Shown here: positions 40,501 through 47,063 of the stretch, in pieces
Layout of the letters: each line of letters opens with the position of its first letter
How positions within the stretch are numbered: the stretch's first letter is position 1
DNA from: Chloroflexota bacterium
GTDB lineage: Bacteria > Chloroflexota > Limnocylindria > Limnocylindrales > CSP1-4
Direction: 5' to 3'
Length of the DNA: 61,646 bases
Assembly (NCBI GenBank): GCA_003171065.1
Contig: PMXQ01000089.1
Location: forward strand, 3,325 to 64,970
The notes under the pieces: generated by a model
What the model saw: only the letters and a program-made list of their open reading frames with translations
Told to the model about the DNA's origin: nothing
The model's database searches: none
Position numbers and translations under genes: made by a program

Positions 40501-40580
40501 TCGGCGGGCGCGGTCTTTCGTTTGGGACGCGGGGTTGGGGATGCCGCTCTGATGCCACTACCAGTCGCCGGAGAAGACAC
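34596..40580 (-). CDS. Avs/AVAST-like antiviral STAND NTPase with N-terminal DUF4297 (Cap4-type PD-(D/E)xK) nuclease domain and ~1500-aa helical-repeat C-terminus
   Basis: 1994 aa with a GTG start. N-terminus is GYRNQYRVAGLLIL...WIRVADPEAERVDDIQL...VDGFQVKW (DUF4297-like D...D/E...QxK). Walker A is VVGPPGSGKSSLL (aa 294-306) and Walker B is IILVDGLDH (~aa 395). The remainder is Leu/Ala/Arg-rich and repeat-like. Confidence 0.8.
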   Translation of the reverse strand: MSSPATGSGIRAASPTPRPKRKTAPAEGERRAIRGYRNQYRVAGLLILQALEGGLDWIRVADPEAERVDDIQLGTPGRVDGFQVKWDRTPKTVSWPWLLNPSKTKPSLARQLADGWKNLAARNPGRRACVHLIANAIPSTQHTKAGSLAGFLNEAWSRRTEGRAAVPKEWLAAWDAFAGATGLASDEFASFADSCELELEYSLVRSPYGEDQAGLPLGVTDIADELFELVSSSEQIVEVSKVELLDKLGWTDLYRVRHHHDFPVDPTVYRAPGAARRDLEQVLDSGISGYFAVVGPPGSGKSSLLTDTLRLRPERVLRYYAFVPGDSSTVLRGEALSFLHDVVFRLRIAGFGSGERLRDEETWLQQELALQLGLLGQAFADRNERTIILVDGLDHATRDPLPARPFLPYLPEPSAVPEGVLIVLGTQTTTLRELSAEIRHEVSDSSRRLTVAGLDAATVEGVIDAWRIEPTLTPHERADVHRLANGHPLSLAYVLRQLADTPPGQRSLRLSSIPAYGGDLPAYYEAHWTSLERDPDVSRALLHAARLRGSINVTWLLRKMNSPGLGTRLADRAGHYFRQPSPTRWTFFHDSFRQFLAARTELDDATTHQQIAAWLADEPGSGERVYHLLKAGEEREALELATFSYFRDQLDQLRPPGALDADARLLASVAAARKDWRALVRLLFIAAEMRSRGFFVDRKDLIDILARLGEVDAVLPFVDQPQERGAVGRPRLAAALALARAGERDSAVRFLDYEAQELLRTGGPFAREAIDDARTWGRASARLLSDDALGDVLDALREAKSDSGDRRIGHFVVGAIDEMVKTNQSDRASTLASKLDLDDDDEREARARAEVRLLENMRLAGLTDAHAERAGQARAALLGRAITHTTAYRLTLEVLTAGEQDAVGAARRMGGPGSMDDRGLEGFRRYEPAMWWTAVRRASGSPVDVDAVQSELGDRADKRVVRVAHSLGSLLGSFLDHPGSVWDFRDAAVVIIRTFVFNGRRNSLDDYALEQSHFAAHDCLFLAATYLGRPYMDALLSLYEEEWTRPRIGWPDGLKERVLLAFLRKGGYDSRVRPLLISVIEKPASGDVSSRFATLLDHASRWLDLGEREEAETTVRHALRGAFGVGYRKDYQLDFWLPWLPRIAVADPAGMPARFARIAGSLKDLDDQTEGRATELAAIALVKAAGAWRPAAATKLLQWLLDAGAVTHHGGVVALLKAAVDVGADPLTVARLAGAWAIPFEREAGESFATRLCKALAARKSTEGARSLLGALQSYGLPSIREGWASVLREELVAAGLLGEPEIASLTTTGYIRTDHPSPQDGLSIEKGPPPDTVDGLLDLLRSTDHMSADRLRRIVPPILAPAASLEILRLEAEPRSPSMALVLAAEELLKRGLVDHAQRLAETALERRSPFGWDRWSDGGTILITLQTLKRLNPVRCRVLAFGALQDDLLVGEADPMSILRDLDELLRYLTDDEPALGVWEPLEAYLDALLDISHKLDRPELAELPAGTFEAALAELAFLWLSHPVTLLSQLTREALELLICAGSGPCVKELEKALLSDDPETALSALAVLEGSAHRSPAIVSRFRRQLEDQLRSPGLDARLAVSRMLKLPRASLVDTAHGKTAPALFRLSIPRVRAWSPRPRLPEIGEPVRDSEDPLEVVGAFADEVEWLARASQLDAPTLAYRMIQIAEELGWKERLGEAGERAVQQRLRGCYLEYPYVRPRSEVVRVALGRAAAELLDHGLIDADTVASLERRFRWTDPGLDALPLEVAPPWLSRPIRGRADASTDEQWVEKVASGPRPLPTSAFGYVIAETSTVRSLDWSRPTERRRRTLVPASEAGAIAVSDDELFGGLVRLTSGYANARPSETAVILRNSHLRFGSTKPAWLTINGTFASACGWLQADDFGIWNGRDGHPRVRSAIWMDGVTDAPSPELYDEPAHGAYVEATTDALAELEATVGQLLAIESVERDARPDRRPIRKSARRFWDWRSLM

Positions 40581-40831
40581 GGGTTTCCCTCTGATTCCGC
40601 CAGTTCAGGCGCGATCCTTGCCATAGTGTCGCACCTGGCCGACGGCACCTCACGCGCCCGGGCTTGGCCACGGGTCACTTCGTGCCGTCCGGTCTTGCCT
40701 TAACCCAGTGCAATGGAACGCTCGAACTGAGCACGCCCTTTCGCGTCTGACCTGGTTCCGAACCGATTCGTGTACCAGCCCAACGGGCAGGCTGACAATT
40801 TCTCGACATTTCTAACTTCGCGGTGTAGAGT

Positions 40832-41356
40832 TTGGCCATGGCGACCATCTACGCTCGGATCCCGGACGAACTGAGGACCGCCCTCGACGACTACCAGAGC
40901 CAACGGAGAGTGAAGCTGACCGCGGCAATGGTCGAGCTCATGGAGATCGGCCTCGGGGCGGTCACCGACAAGACCACCGTCGCAGCCCTAACCGAACGGC
41001 TAGCTGCCGCTGAGGCCGACGCGGCCGTGGCCCGGGAGATGGCCATCCAAGCCGAGAACGCACGCCAGGCTCTCGAGTCACGAATGAACAGTCAGGCGGA
41101 TGCCTTCGCAGCGGTCGGCGGGGCGTTGAATCAAACGATCGGCAAGTGCCCGAACCCCAACTGCGGAAAGCCGATCTCAGGCCGCGACTTGGTGGTGAGC
41201 CACGCGTGCGGAACTTGCACCGGTTCCCTGGCCGACCTTCTCGATCCAGCGCAAACACACGGATCGAGCATCAACGGCACCCAATACCTGCTTCTGATTG
41301 GCGCCCTCGGTCTGCTTGTCGGCATGGCCGTCGTGGCGCAGTCGAAGAATCCATAG
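40832..41356 (+). CDS. Membrane-anchored RHH / coiled-coil / zinc-ribbon protein (hypothetical)
   Basis: 174 aa. Arc/CopG-like N-terminus (ATIYARIPDELRTALDDY), an Ala/Glu-rich helix, CPNPNCG...CGTC, and a C-terminal TM (YLLLIGALGLLVGMAVVA). Confidence 0.6.
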   Translation: MAMATIYARIPDELRTALDDYQSQRRVKLTAAMVELMEIGLGAVTDKTTVAALTERLAAAEADAAVAREMAIQAENARQALESRMNSQADAFAAVGGALNQTIGKCPNPNCGKPISGRDLVVSHACGTCTGSLADLLDPAQTHGSSINGTQYLLLIGALGLLVGMAVVAQSKNP

Positions 41357-41374
41357 AAAGGAGGTGAGAAACGT

Positions 41375-41503
41375 ATGACCGTCAACAAGATTGTTGCCGC
41401 GGTTGGAGTCGCGCTGGTTGTCCTGGCGTGGGCGACCTACCTCGACAGACCCACTAACCGCAACCTGACGACCGCCTTGCTGCGAACGCTGTCGCTCGCC
41501 TAG
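41375..41503 (+). CDS. 42-aa single-TM micro-protein (hypothetical; not in the ORF track)
   Basis: Strong Shine-Dalgarno AAAGGAGGTGA 6-8 nt before ATG 41375. Sequence MTVNKIVAAVGVALVVLAWATYLDRPTNRNLTTALLRTLSLA. Starts 18 nt after the previous stop and is followed by a terminator. Confidence 0.45.
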   Translation: MTVNKIVAAVGVALVVLAWATYLDRPTNRNLTTALLRTLSLA

Positions 41504-41533
41504 GAAGGATCAAGCCCGGTGCTTGAGAACTGA

Positions 41534-41566
41534 GACCGCTCTGTCTCCGGACAGGGCGGTCTTTTC
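41534..41566 (+). terminator. Rho-independent terminator
   Basis: GACCGCTCTGTC-TCCG-GACAGGGCGGTC followed by TTTT. Confidence 0.6.
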
Positions 41567-41654
41567 GTTCGTGGGTCGCCGACCTGACCGGCTGACCATC
41601 CGGTTCGTGCCACGTAACCATGCGGCGGGACTCACCACCCTCCTGCCAGTCGGA

Positions 41655-42590
41655 TCACGAAGATCGGGCGCGCTCCTTCACGAGCACGGCCTCGACGGCG
41701 GCGCGCAGCTCCTTGGGAAGATCGGCGACTGCGCACACATGCCCGTCCTCGCGTGGCTTGCTACACGCCTTGCACCGTCGCACGGTGGCGTGGGGAAGTG
41801 GGGCCGGCGGCGTCGGAGTAAGGATGCGGCTGATCTGGGCGATCTGCTCAGGAGAGAGCGGTGGAGGCGGACAGCAGCGAGAGCAATGGATGGGTCCACC
41901 CCCGGCCGTCCAGCTTGAACCATGTTCGGGGTGCCTGAGGCGGAACTCCTCGTCGATCGGCTTCCGCCGCTCGCGGTAGTCCGCCCAGGGCTCGCGGTCG
42001 CGCTGGCTTGTTTCGTCACCAAGGATCGGCTGACCGCAGCCCTGACACGGAACGCCCCCGACGAGCTCCTCCCAGGTGAGGCGATCATCGTTAGTCCAGA
42101 GGACATCAGGAAACGCTGGAACTCGGGGCGGCTCTACGACTTGGGGCCTCCGCACCATCGCTGCCAGTCGGTCCCGTCGGTCTTGCGCACTCCCTCGGCG
42201 GCGAAGGGCCGCAACGATCGGCCGGGCCATTCGGACCTCATCGGGTTCGAGGGCATCGAGCGCCTCCTCTTCTCGGCGCTCGGCCTCATATCGATCGGGG
42301 TCCTCGCGGCTGAGGCGCTCGCGGTAGCGGCGACTCCCGAACTCGATGCGAGCAAGCCTGGCCGGTGGTTCGGCGACCAGTCGAGCATGGCTGTCGGCCA
42401 GGATCTCGGCCACCACTTTCGCGGCGCGTTGCTGAAGCGTTCCTCGAGAGTTGGGCGTCAGCTGTCTATCGAGCTCGACTGCGAGAGCGTCGAGGTCGGC
42501 TCGGTAGGCCTCCTCCGGAATCCCGCCCTCGACGAATCCGCTGATGACTTGGCTCCGGATGGAGATCAAGGCATCGACCGTCATGCTCAT
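41655..42590 (-). CDS. Cys-rich hypothetical protein (three CxxC-type clusters)
   Basis: 311 aa from MSMTVDAL (GGGAGG 9 nt upstream; ATG 42608 has the same SD because of an 18-bp duplication). Cys clusters are CQGCGQP, HCSRCC and CKACSKPREDGHVC. No family recognised. Confidence 0.5.
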   Translation of the reverse strand: MSMTVDALISIRSQVISGFVEGGIPEEAYRADLDALAVELDRQLTPNSRGTLQQRAAKVVAEILADSHARLVAEPPARLARIEFGSRRYRERLSREDPDRYEAERREEEALDALEPDEVRMARPIVAALRRRGSAQDRRDRLAAMVRRPQVVEPPRVPAFPDVLWTNDDRLTWEELVGGVPCQGCGQPILGDETSQRDREPWADYRERRKPIDEEFRLRHPEHGSSWTAGGGPIHCSRCCPPPPLSPEQIAQISRILTPTPPAPLPHATVRRCKACSKPREDGHVCAVADLPKELRAAVEAVLVKERARSS

Positions 42591-42682
42591 GCGCTGGACC
42601 TCCCTCATGCGCTGGACCTCCCACATCGACTGCCCGAAGGAGCAGCCAAACGACTGAGAACTGTAGCCCGAGAAGGTCAGAA

Positions 42683-42720
42683 CTACTCGAATGGACGGGG
42701 CTGGCGGAAAGGCGCCCGCA
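42683..42720 (-). repeat. Degenerate relative of the tRNA-3-prime-end-like repeat (copy 5)
   Basis: CTACTCGAATGGACGGGGCTGGCGG shares the CTACTCGAATGG flank with copy 4, but the core has diverged. Confidence 0.35.
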
Positions 42721-42852
42721 CTTCCCATTCCGCGGATTATCGTCCCGCCGGCGATCGGGCTGGCGTTGAAGAGGGCCGGTTGAGAACGTTGGCTTCCTTG
42801 CCTTCCGGACAGACCGAGTGCCGCCCCTGAACTCGGGTGCTGGCCATAGAGC

Positions 42853-42952
42853 TGCTACCGAGTGGTAGCACTTACAGATAGCTACCTATCGGTTGCAACG
42901 AATGATTGACACCGAGCGGTAGCACCTACACAATGGAACCGATCGGTAGCAA
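42853..42952 (+). promoter_or_regulatory. Candidate HipB operator array
   Basis: Palindrome TGCTACC-GAGT-GGTAGCA (42853-42870), plus further GGTAGCA half-sites at 42918-42924 and 42945-42951 and a related CGGTTGCA half-site, all directly upstream of hipB. Confidence 0.45.
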
Positions 42953-42967
42953 TGGCGAGGACTGGAC

Positions 42968-43246
42968 GTGCTTGTGAGATCCATCGGTGAGGCAGCCGCG
43001 CAGGTCCGCGGTCGTCGGCTTAAGCTGCGCCTCAGCCAGGACCAGCTTGCACAGCGAGCCGGCGTGAGCCGGAAGTGGGTGTACGAGTTCGAGGCCGGTA
43101 AGCAGCACGCAGAGCTCGGACACCTTCTACGTGTGCTCGATGCTCTCGATCTCCAACTCGATGTCTCGCCGCGGAGTGCCTCGTCCGAGTCGACGCAGGG
43201 TACGGTCAATCTCGACGCGGTCCTCGAGCGGCACCGCGATGGCTAG
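42968..43246 (+). CDS. hipB: HipB-like XRE-family HTH antitoxin
   Basis: 92 aa with HTH LSQDQLAQRAGVSRKWVYEFEAG. Its stop overlaps the hipA ATG (ATGGCTAG). Confidence 0.8.
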   Translation: MLVRSIGEAAAQVRGRRLKLRLSQDQLAQRAGVSRKWVYEFEAGKQHAELGHLLRVLDALDLQLDVSPRSASSESTQGTVNLDAVLERHRDG

Positions 43247-44558
43247 GACGAGCGAACTTCCGGACACGCTCGTCGTGGTCCTCGGCGGCGTCGTCGCGGG
43301 CACACTCACGCGGCAGCCGAACGCGACGCTCCGCTTCGACTACGACGAGTCATATCAGGCCAATGCCGAGGCGACGCCGGTGTCGCTCTCGATGCCCCTT
43401 GCGGTGCGGACCCACCAGGATGGCCGCGGCCGGCGCATCGTCACCAACTTCCTCTGGGGGCTCCTACCAGAGAACGACGCGGTGCTTGAGCGTTGGGGAC
43501 GCCATTACCACGTGTCGACCTCATCGCCGTACCCGCTCCTCTCGACGCCTGTCGGCGAGGATTGCGCGGGCGGCGTCGCTTTCTGCCCACCTGACGATCT
43601 CCCACGCTTGCTCGACCGACAGGGGCTCGTCGACTGGCTCACAGACTCAGAGGTCGCCGGCAGGATCCGGGAGCTTCGCCGCGATCAGACGGCCTGGCTG
43701 GGCCGCACGTTTACGGGCCAGTTCAGCCTCGCTGGAGCGCAAGCCAAGACGGCGCTCCTGTACCGCGACGGACGATGGGGCGTCCCGTCCGGCGGGGCCG
43801 CCACGACCCACATTCTCAAGCCCGCGGTGGCCGGGCTCGACGATCACGATCTCAACGAGCATCTCTGCCTCGCTGCCGCCCGCCGCGCCGGGCTCGTGGC
43901 CGCGCGCTCCTGGGTCGGCACGTTCGAGGACCAGTCGGCCATCGTGGTCGAACGATACGACCGGATCGTCGAGGGAGATCTCGTGGTCCGTATCCACCAG
44001 GAGGACGTCTGCCAGGCTCTCGGAATCGCGCCTTCGGCGAAGTACCAGCGCGACGGCGGTCCCGCTCCGGCGGACATCGCCGGACTTCTCCGCCGCTGGG
44101 TTACACCTGCGGCCGCTGGGGACGACGCAGTTCGAAGGTTCGCCGACGCGCTCATCTGGAACTGGATCATCGCTGGCACGGACGCGCACGCGAAGAACTA
44201 CTCCATGCTTCTGTCGGGCCCCCAGGTTCGCCTGGCGCCGTTGTATGACGTGGCCTCGGCGCTTCCGTATGGGGCACACGAGAAGAAGCTCCGCTTTGCG
44301 ATGAAGATCGGTGGCGACTACGACGTGTACCCGCGATACAACCGCTGGCCGGCGGTGGCAAAGGAGCTCGGCCTGGATCCCGACCGCCTGGTCGATCGCG
44401 TGCGCGAGCTTGCCGCGGCTGCGCCGGACGCGCTCTCGGCCGCAACCGCCGATCCTGATGTCGAAGCGCTCGCGCGCCCGTTCCCGGCGAAGCTCGTCGA
44501 CTTGGCCGCCGAGCGGGCAAGGCGGTGCGGCGTTCTCGTCTCCGCGAACCCGGCATAG
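43239..44558 (+). CDS. hipA: HipA-family serine/threonine kinase toxin
   Basis: 439 aa from MARTSELPD. Has the HipA N-terminal coupling region, the FSLAGAQAKTAL motif and the catalytic GTDAHAKNYSMLL motif. Confidence 0.9.
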   Translation: MARTSELPDTLVVVLGGVVAGTLTRQPNATLRFDYDESYQANAEATPVSLSMPLAVRTHQDGRGRRIVTNFLWGLLPENDAVLERWGRHYHVSTSSPYPLLSTPVGEDCAGGVAFCPPDDLPRLLDRQGLVDWLTDSEVAGRIRELRRDQTAWLGRTFTGQFSLAGAQAKTALLYRDGRWGVPSGGAATTHILKPAVAGLDDHDLNEHLCLAAARRAGLVAARSWVGTFEDQSAIVVERYDRIVEGDLVVRIHQEDVCQALGIAPSAKYQRDGGPAPADIAGLLRRWVTPAAAGDDAVRRFADALIWNWIIAGTDAHAKNYSMLLSGPQVRLAPLYDVASALPYGAHEKKLRFAMKIGGDYDVYPRYNRWPAVAKELGLDPDRLVDRVRELAAAAPDALSAATADPDVEALARPFPAKLVDLAAERARRCGVLVSANPA

Positions 44559-44795
44559 TCGTCGTTCCAGCCGTTGCGGTAGCGCGTCAGGTAAGCGGCA
44601 CCTACCCCGCCCTTCGGGCCGTCTCCAGCGGGTTGTGCGGTTCCTGGCCACAATACGACACTCTAGCGGCCGCCTTCCTCGTGGCCTATTCATTGCTCGT
44701 CGGGTTGGCTGGACTGGCCGTGCGTCAGGTACTCGACCTTCGAAGGAAGCTGGCGGAGCTTCAGGGTCCGGACCTATGACTCGGCAGTTGGAGGG

Positions 44796-46037
44796 CTATG
44801 AGCGACTAACTCGGCGGCTGGGGGCGTTCTTCATCACGTACCTGGCCCATTCCAGGCCGCCATTGGATCGGAGCCACTCCACGCAAAGTGCGAAGTCCGG
44901 GGCCTGGTCGAGCCTCGCCAACAGGCGGCCTCGGCTCTGGAGCCCATAGCGGTCCGCGAAGGCAAGGTACTGGCTCAGAGTGCGGCGAACCAGCCACGCG
45001 AATTCATTGACGAGACCCTCATCAATCGAGGGGGAATTCTCTCCGTGAACCGCCGCTGACCGAACCTTGTCGTACAAGAGGTATGTCTCACTGGGGTGCT
45101 CGAACCGGCCGTCGATGATGTGGCTCAGGACCATCTGCTTCAATGAAAGCTCGTGTCCCTTTTCAGTCGCGGACTTCCTGCCGAGCAGAGCCTCAAGAGC
45201 AAAGAACAGAAACAACAGAGATATGAGCGGCTCGCTAGCAAACATGGCTCGCTCGATCCAACGTGTTGCCAGATCGGCCTGCCTGTCCACGTCGGACTCT
45301 GGCTCAAGCGGCAGCCGTGCAACAGGCTGAATCTCCGCCAGACCGACAAGTCCAATGGAGAGCCCAAGGTCATAGGTGGCGGCAGGAGCTGATTGCCAGC
45401 CGGCAATGTGGCCGCCAAACGAGTACCCATCAGCCACTGTGAAGCGCAACTGTCGATCGTGAAGATTGAGATTCTCGTGTAGGGCAATTCTCAGCAGCCG
45501 GAGTGAGTGCTCAACGTTCGCGCGCGCCCTTGCAGCCATGCGCCCCAGGTCGGTGCCTTCGATTGCCACCTCGACGACGCATCCTACCGGCGGCTGGAGG
45601 CTGAACCGTCCAAGCGCAGGCGGGACCCGTTCGTCACTCACAGGAATGAAGCGCTGGCCCAAGAACGTGACTTCGGCGGCAACGGTCAGGTATTCGACCG
45701 TTAGGTAGCACAGGCGCCGCATGGGCACCTTTCCGTACGTGGAGACGAATGCGGGTACGTTGTCGCGGCTGCGATTGGCGCTGCACTCGAAGAGGAATGC
45801 GACCGCCGTTTCGCGGACTTTGTCGCGAAGATGCTCGAACCGAGGATCTCTTGCAAGGACGTACTCAAGATCGGCGAGCGCATCGTCCTGAGCCTTGCTC
45901 AACTCGATTTCCCCGTGCTCGGGGCCGTCGGGATGGTCGAAGCGCGCAACGGTGGCAATAGGGTGAGGAGCGGCCCGAACTGAACTCTGGAGCCGGGCCA
46001 GTAGGGCTTCGGAAGTTCCTAGTCGGGCCGTCACCAT
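44796..46037 (-). CDS. HEPN-domain protein (predicted RNase, Rx4H motif)
   Basis: 413 aa from MVTARLGT. The C-terminal helical domain carries RSAAVH (45045-45062), i.e. Rx4H. The N-terminal ~270 aa are unassigned, giving an ApeA-like architecture. Longer starts up to 46184 would overlap the NERD gene. Confidence 0.6.
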   Translation of the reverse strand: MVTARLGTSEALLARLQSSVRAAPHPIATVARFDHPDGPEHGEIELSKAQDDALADLEYVLARDPRFEHLRDKVRETAVAFLFECSANRSRDNVPAFVSTYGKVPMRRLCYLTVEYLTVAAEVTFLGQRFIPVSDERVPPALGRFSLQPPVGCVVEVAIEGTDLGRMAARARANVEHSLRLLRIALHENLNLHDRQLRFTVADGYSFGGHIAGWQSAPAATYDLGLSIGLVGLAEIQPVARLPLEPESDVDRQADLATRWIERAMFASEPLISLLFLFFALEALLGRKSATEKGHELSLKQMVLSHIIDGRFEHPSETYLLYDKVRSAAVHGENSPSIDEGLVNEFAWLVRRTLSQYLAFADRYGLQSRGRLLARLDQAPDFALCVEWLRSNGGLEWARYVMKNAPSRRVSRS

Positions 46038-46063
46038 CAGCCGATACTCACCGCGACCGGCGA

Positions 46064-47011
46064 CTATCCATTGGATGGTCGCCTCTGGCAGTCGTAGCAG
46101 AGGACCCGACCGGCGAAGCGCACCGCGTTCGCCTCGCAGTAGGCGGCAACCTTCGGGCTGACGAATGACCCGCAGGAGGCGCACGACTGACCCGGGGCCG
46201 CTCTCGCGACCGAGGCGGCAGGGGACATGGCTGCCACCGGCGTGGCAGCTACGGAAGCTAGGCCGAACCTAGCTGCCCAATCGACTTGACTAGGTCGATG
46301 AAGTGCGACTAACTGTCGGCCGATGTCCTCCAGCGTCCCCATGCTGACGAGGCGAGTGATCGAGCCCAAGGTGCCCAACGCACTCGTCTGGTCGATCTGC
46401 CTCTCTATTGTCGTGGCGATCTGGTCCACCTTGACGACCGTATCGAGCCCGTCGACCCGTGCTGCAGCAGCTCGGCTCCTCGGGCGCGAAATCCTGGCGC
46501 GGCTTGAAACGAGGATGAAGCTGCGCAGTCGAGGCTTGAGCTTCACGCCCAGCCGCCTGGGCAGCTTGACCAGGTCTTTGTCGAAAGCCTCGTTCAGAAC
46601 GACCATGTGCTTCCGATTCTGCTCGACAGGCGACGCGATGCCGTGCGACTTGCCGTTCCAGAAGGCGACCCATTCGCCCTGTTCGTTTACGCCGACCCCC
46701 TCGGCGAAGTGCTTGCTCTCGAACACCCATATCTCAAGCAAACGATCAAGAAGCAGATGGTCGATCTGTGCAACCCGTCCATCAACTTCGATCCGGATGT
46801 CGTGGATGACCATCAACTTGTCCGAGTCGCCGTAATGGAAGTCGATCTCGTATGCTGCTTCGCGCTCGCCGGCGAGACCTGCGCGGATATTGCGGATCTC
46901 TTGCTCGATTCTCTGCCTCGTGGATGCGTACAGATCAGTACGCATAAGAAGAGTCGTCAGAGCGTCAAGGTCATGTTGCTTGTCATCTGCGGACTTGATC
47001 AGCACCGCCAT
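46064..47011 (-). CDS. NERD (nuclease-related domain) protein with C-terminal zinc ribbon
   Basis: GEREAAYEIDFHYG...VIHDIRIEVDGRVAQIDHLLLDRLLEIWVFESKHF is a typical NERD core. C-terminal CASCGS...CYDCQ forms the zinc ribbon. Confidence 0.8.
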   Translation of the reverse strand: MAVLIKSADDKQHDLDALTTLLMRTDLYASTRQRIEQEIRNIRAGLAGEREAAYEIDFHYGDSDKLMVIHDIRIEVDGRVAQIDHLLLDRLLEIWVFESKHFAEGVGVNEQGEWVAFWNGKSHGIASPVEQNRKHMVVLNEAFDKDLVKLPRRLGVKLKPRLRSFILVSSRARISRPRSRAAAARVDGLDTVVKVDQIATTIERQIDQTSALGTLGSITRLVSMGTLEDIGRQLVALHRPSQVDWAARFGLASVAATPVAAMSPAASVARAAPGQSCASCGSFVSPKVAAYCEANAVRFAGRVLCYDCQRRPSNG

Positions 47012-47063
47012 CCCCTTGTCCGGCTAGACATCCAAGACGCTGGGTTGAGTCTTCGGTCCCACA

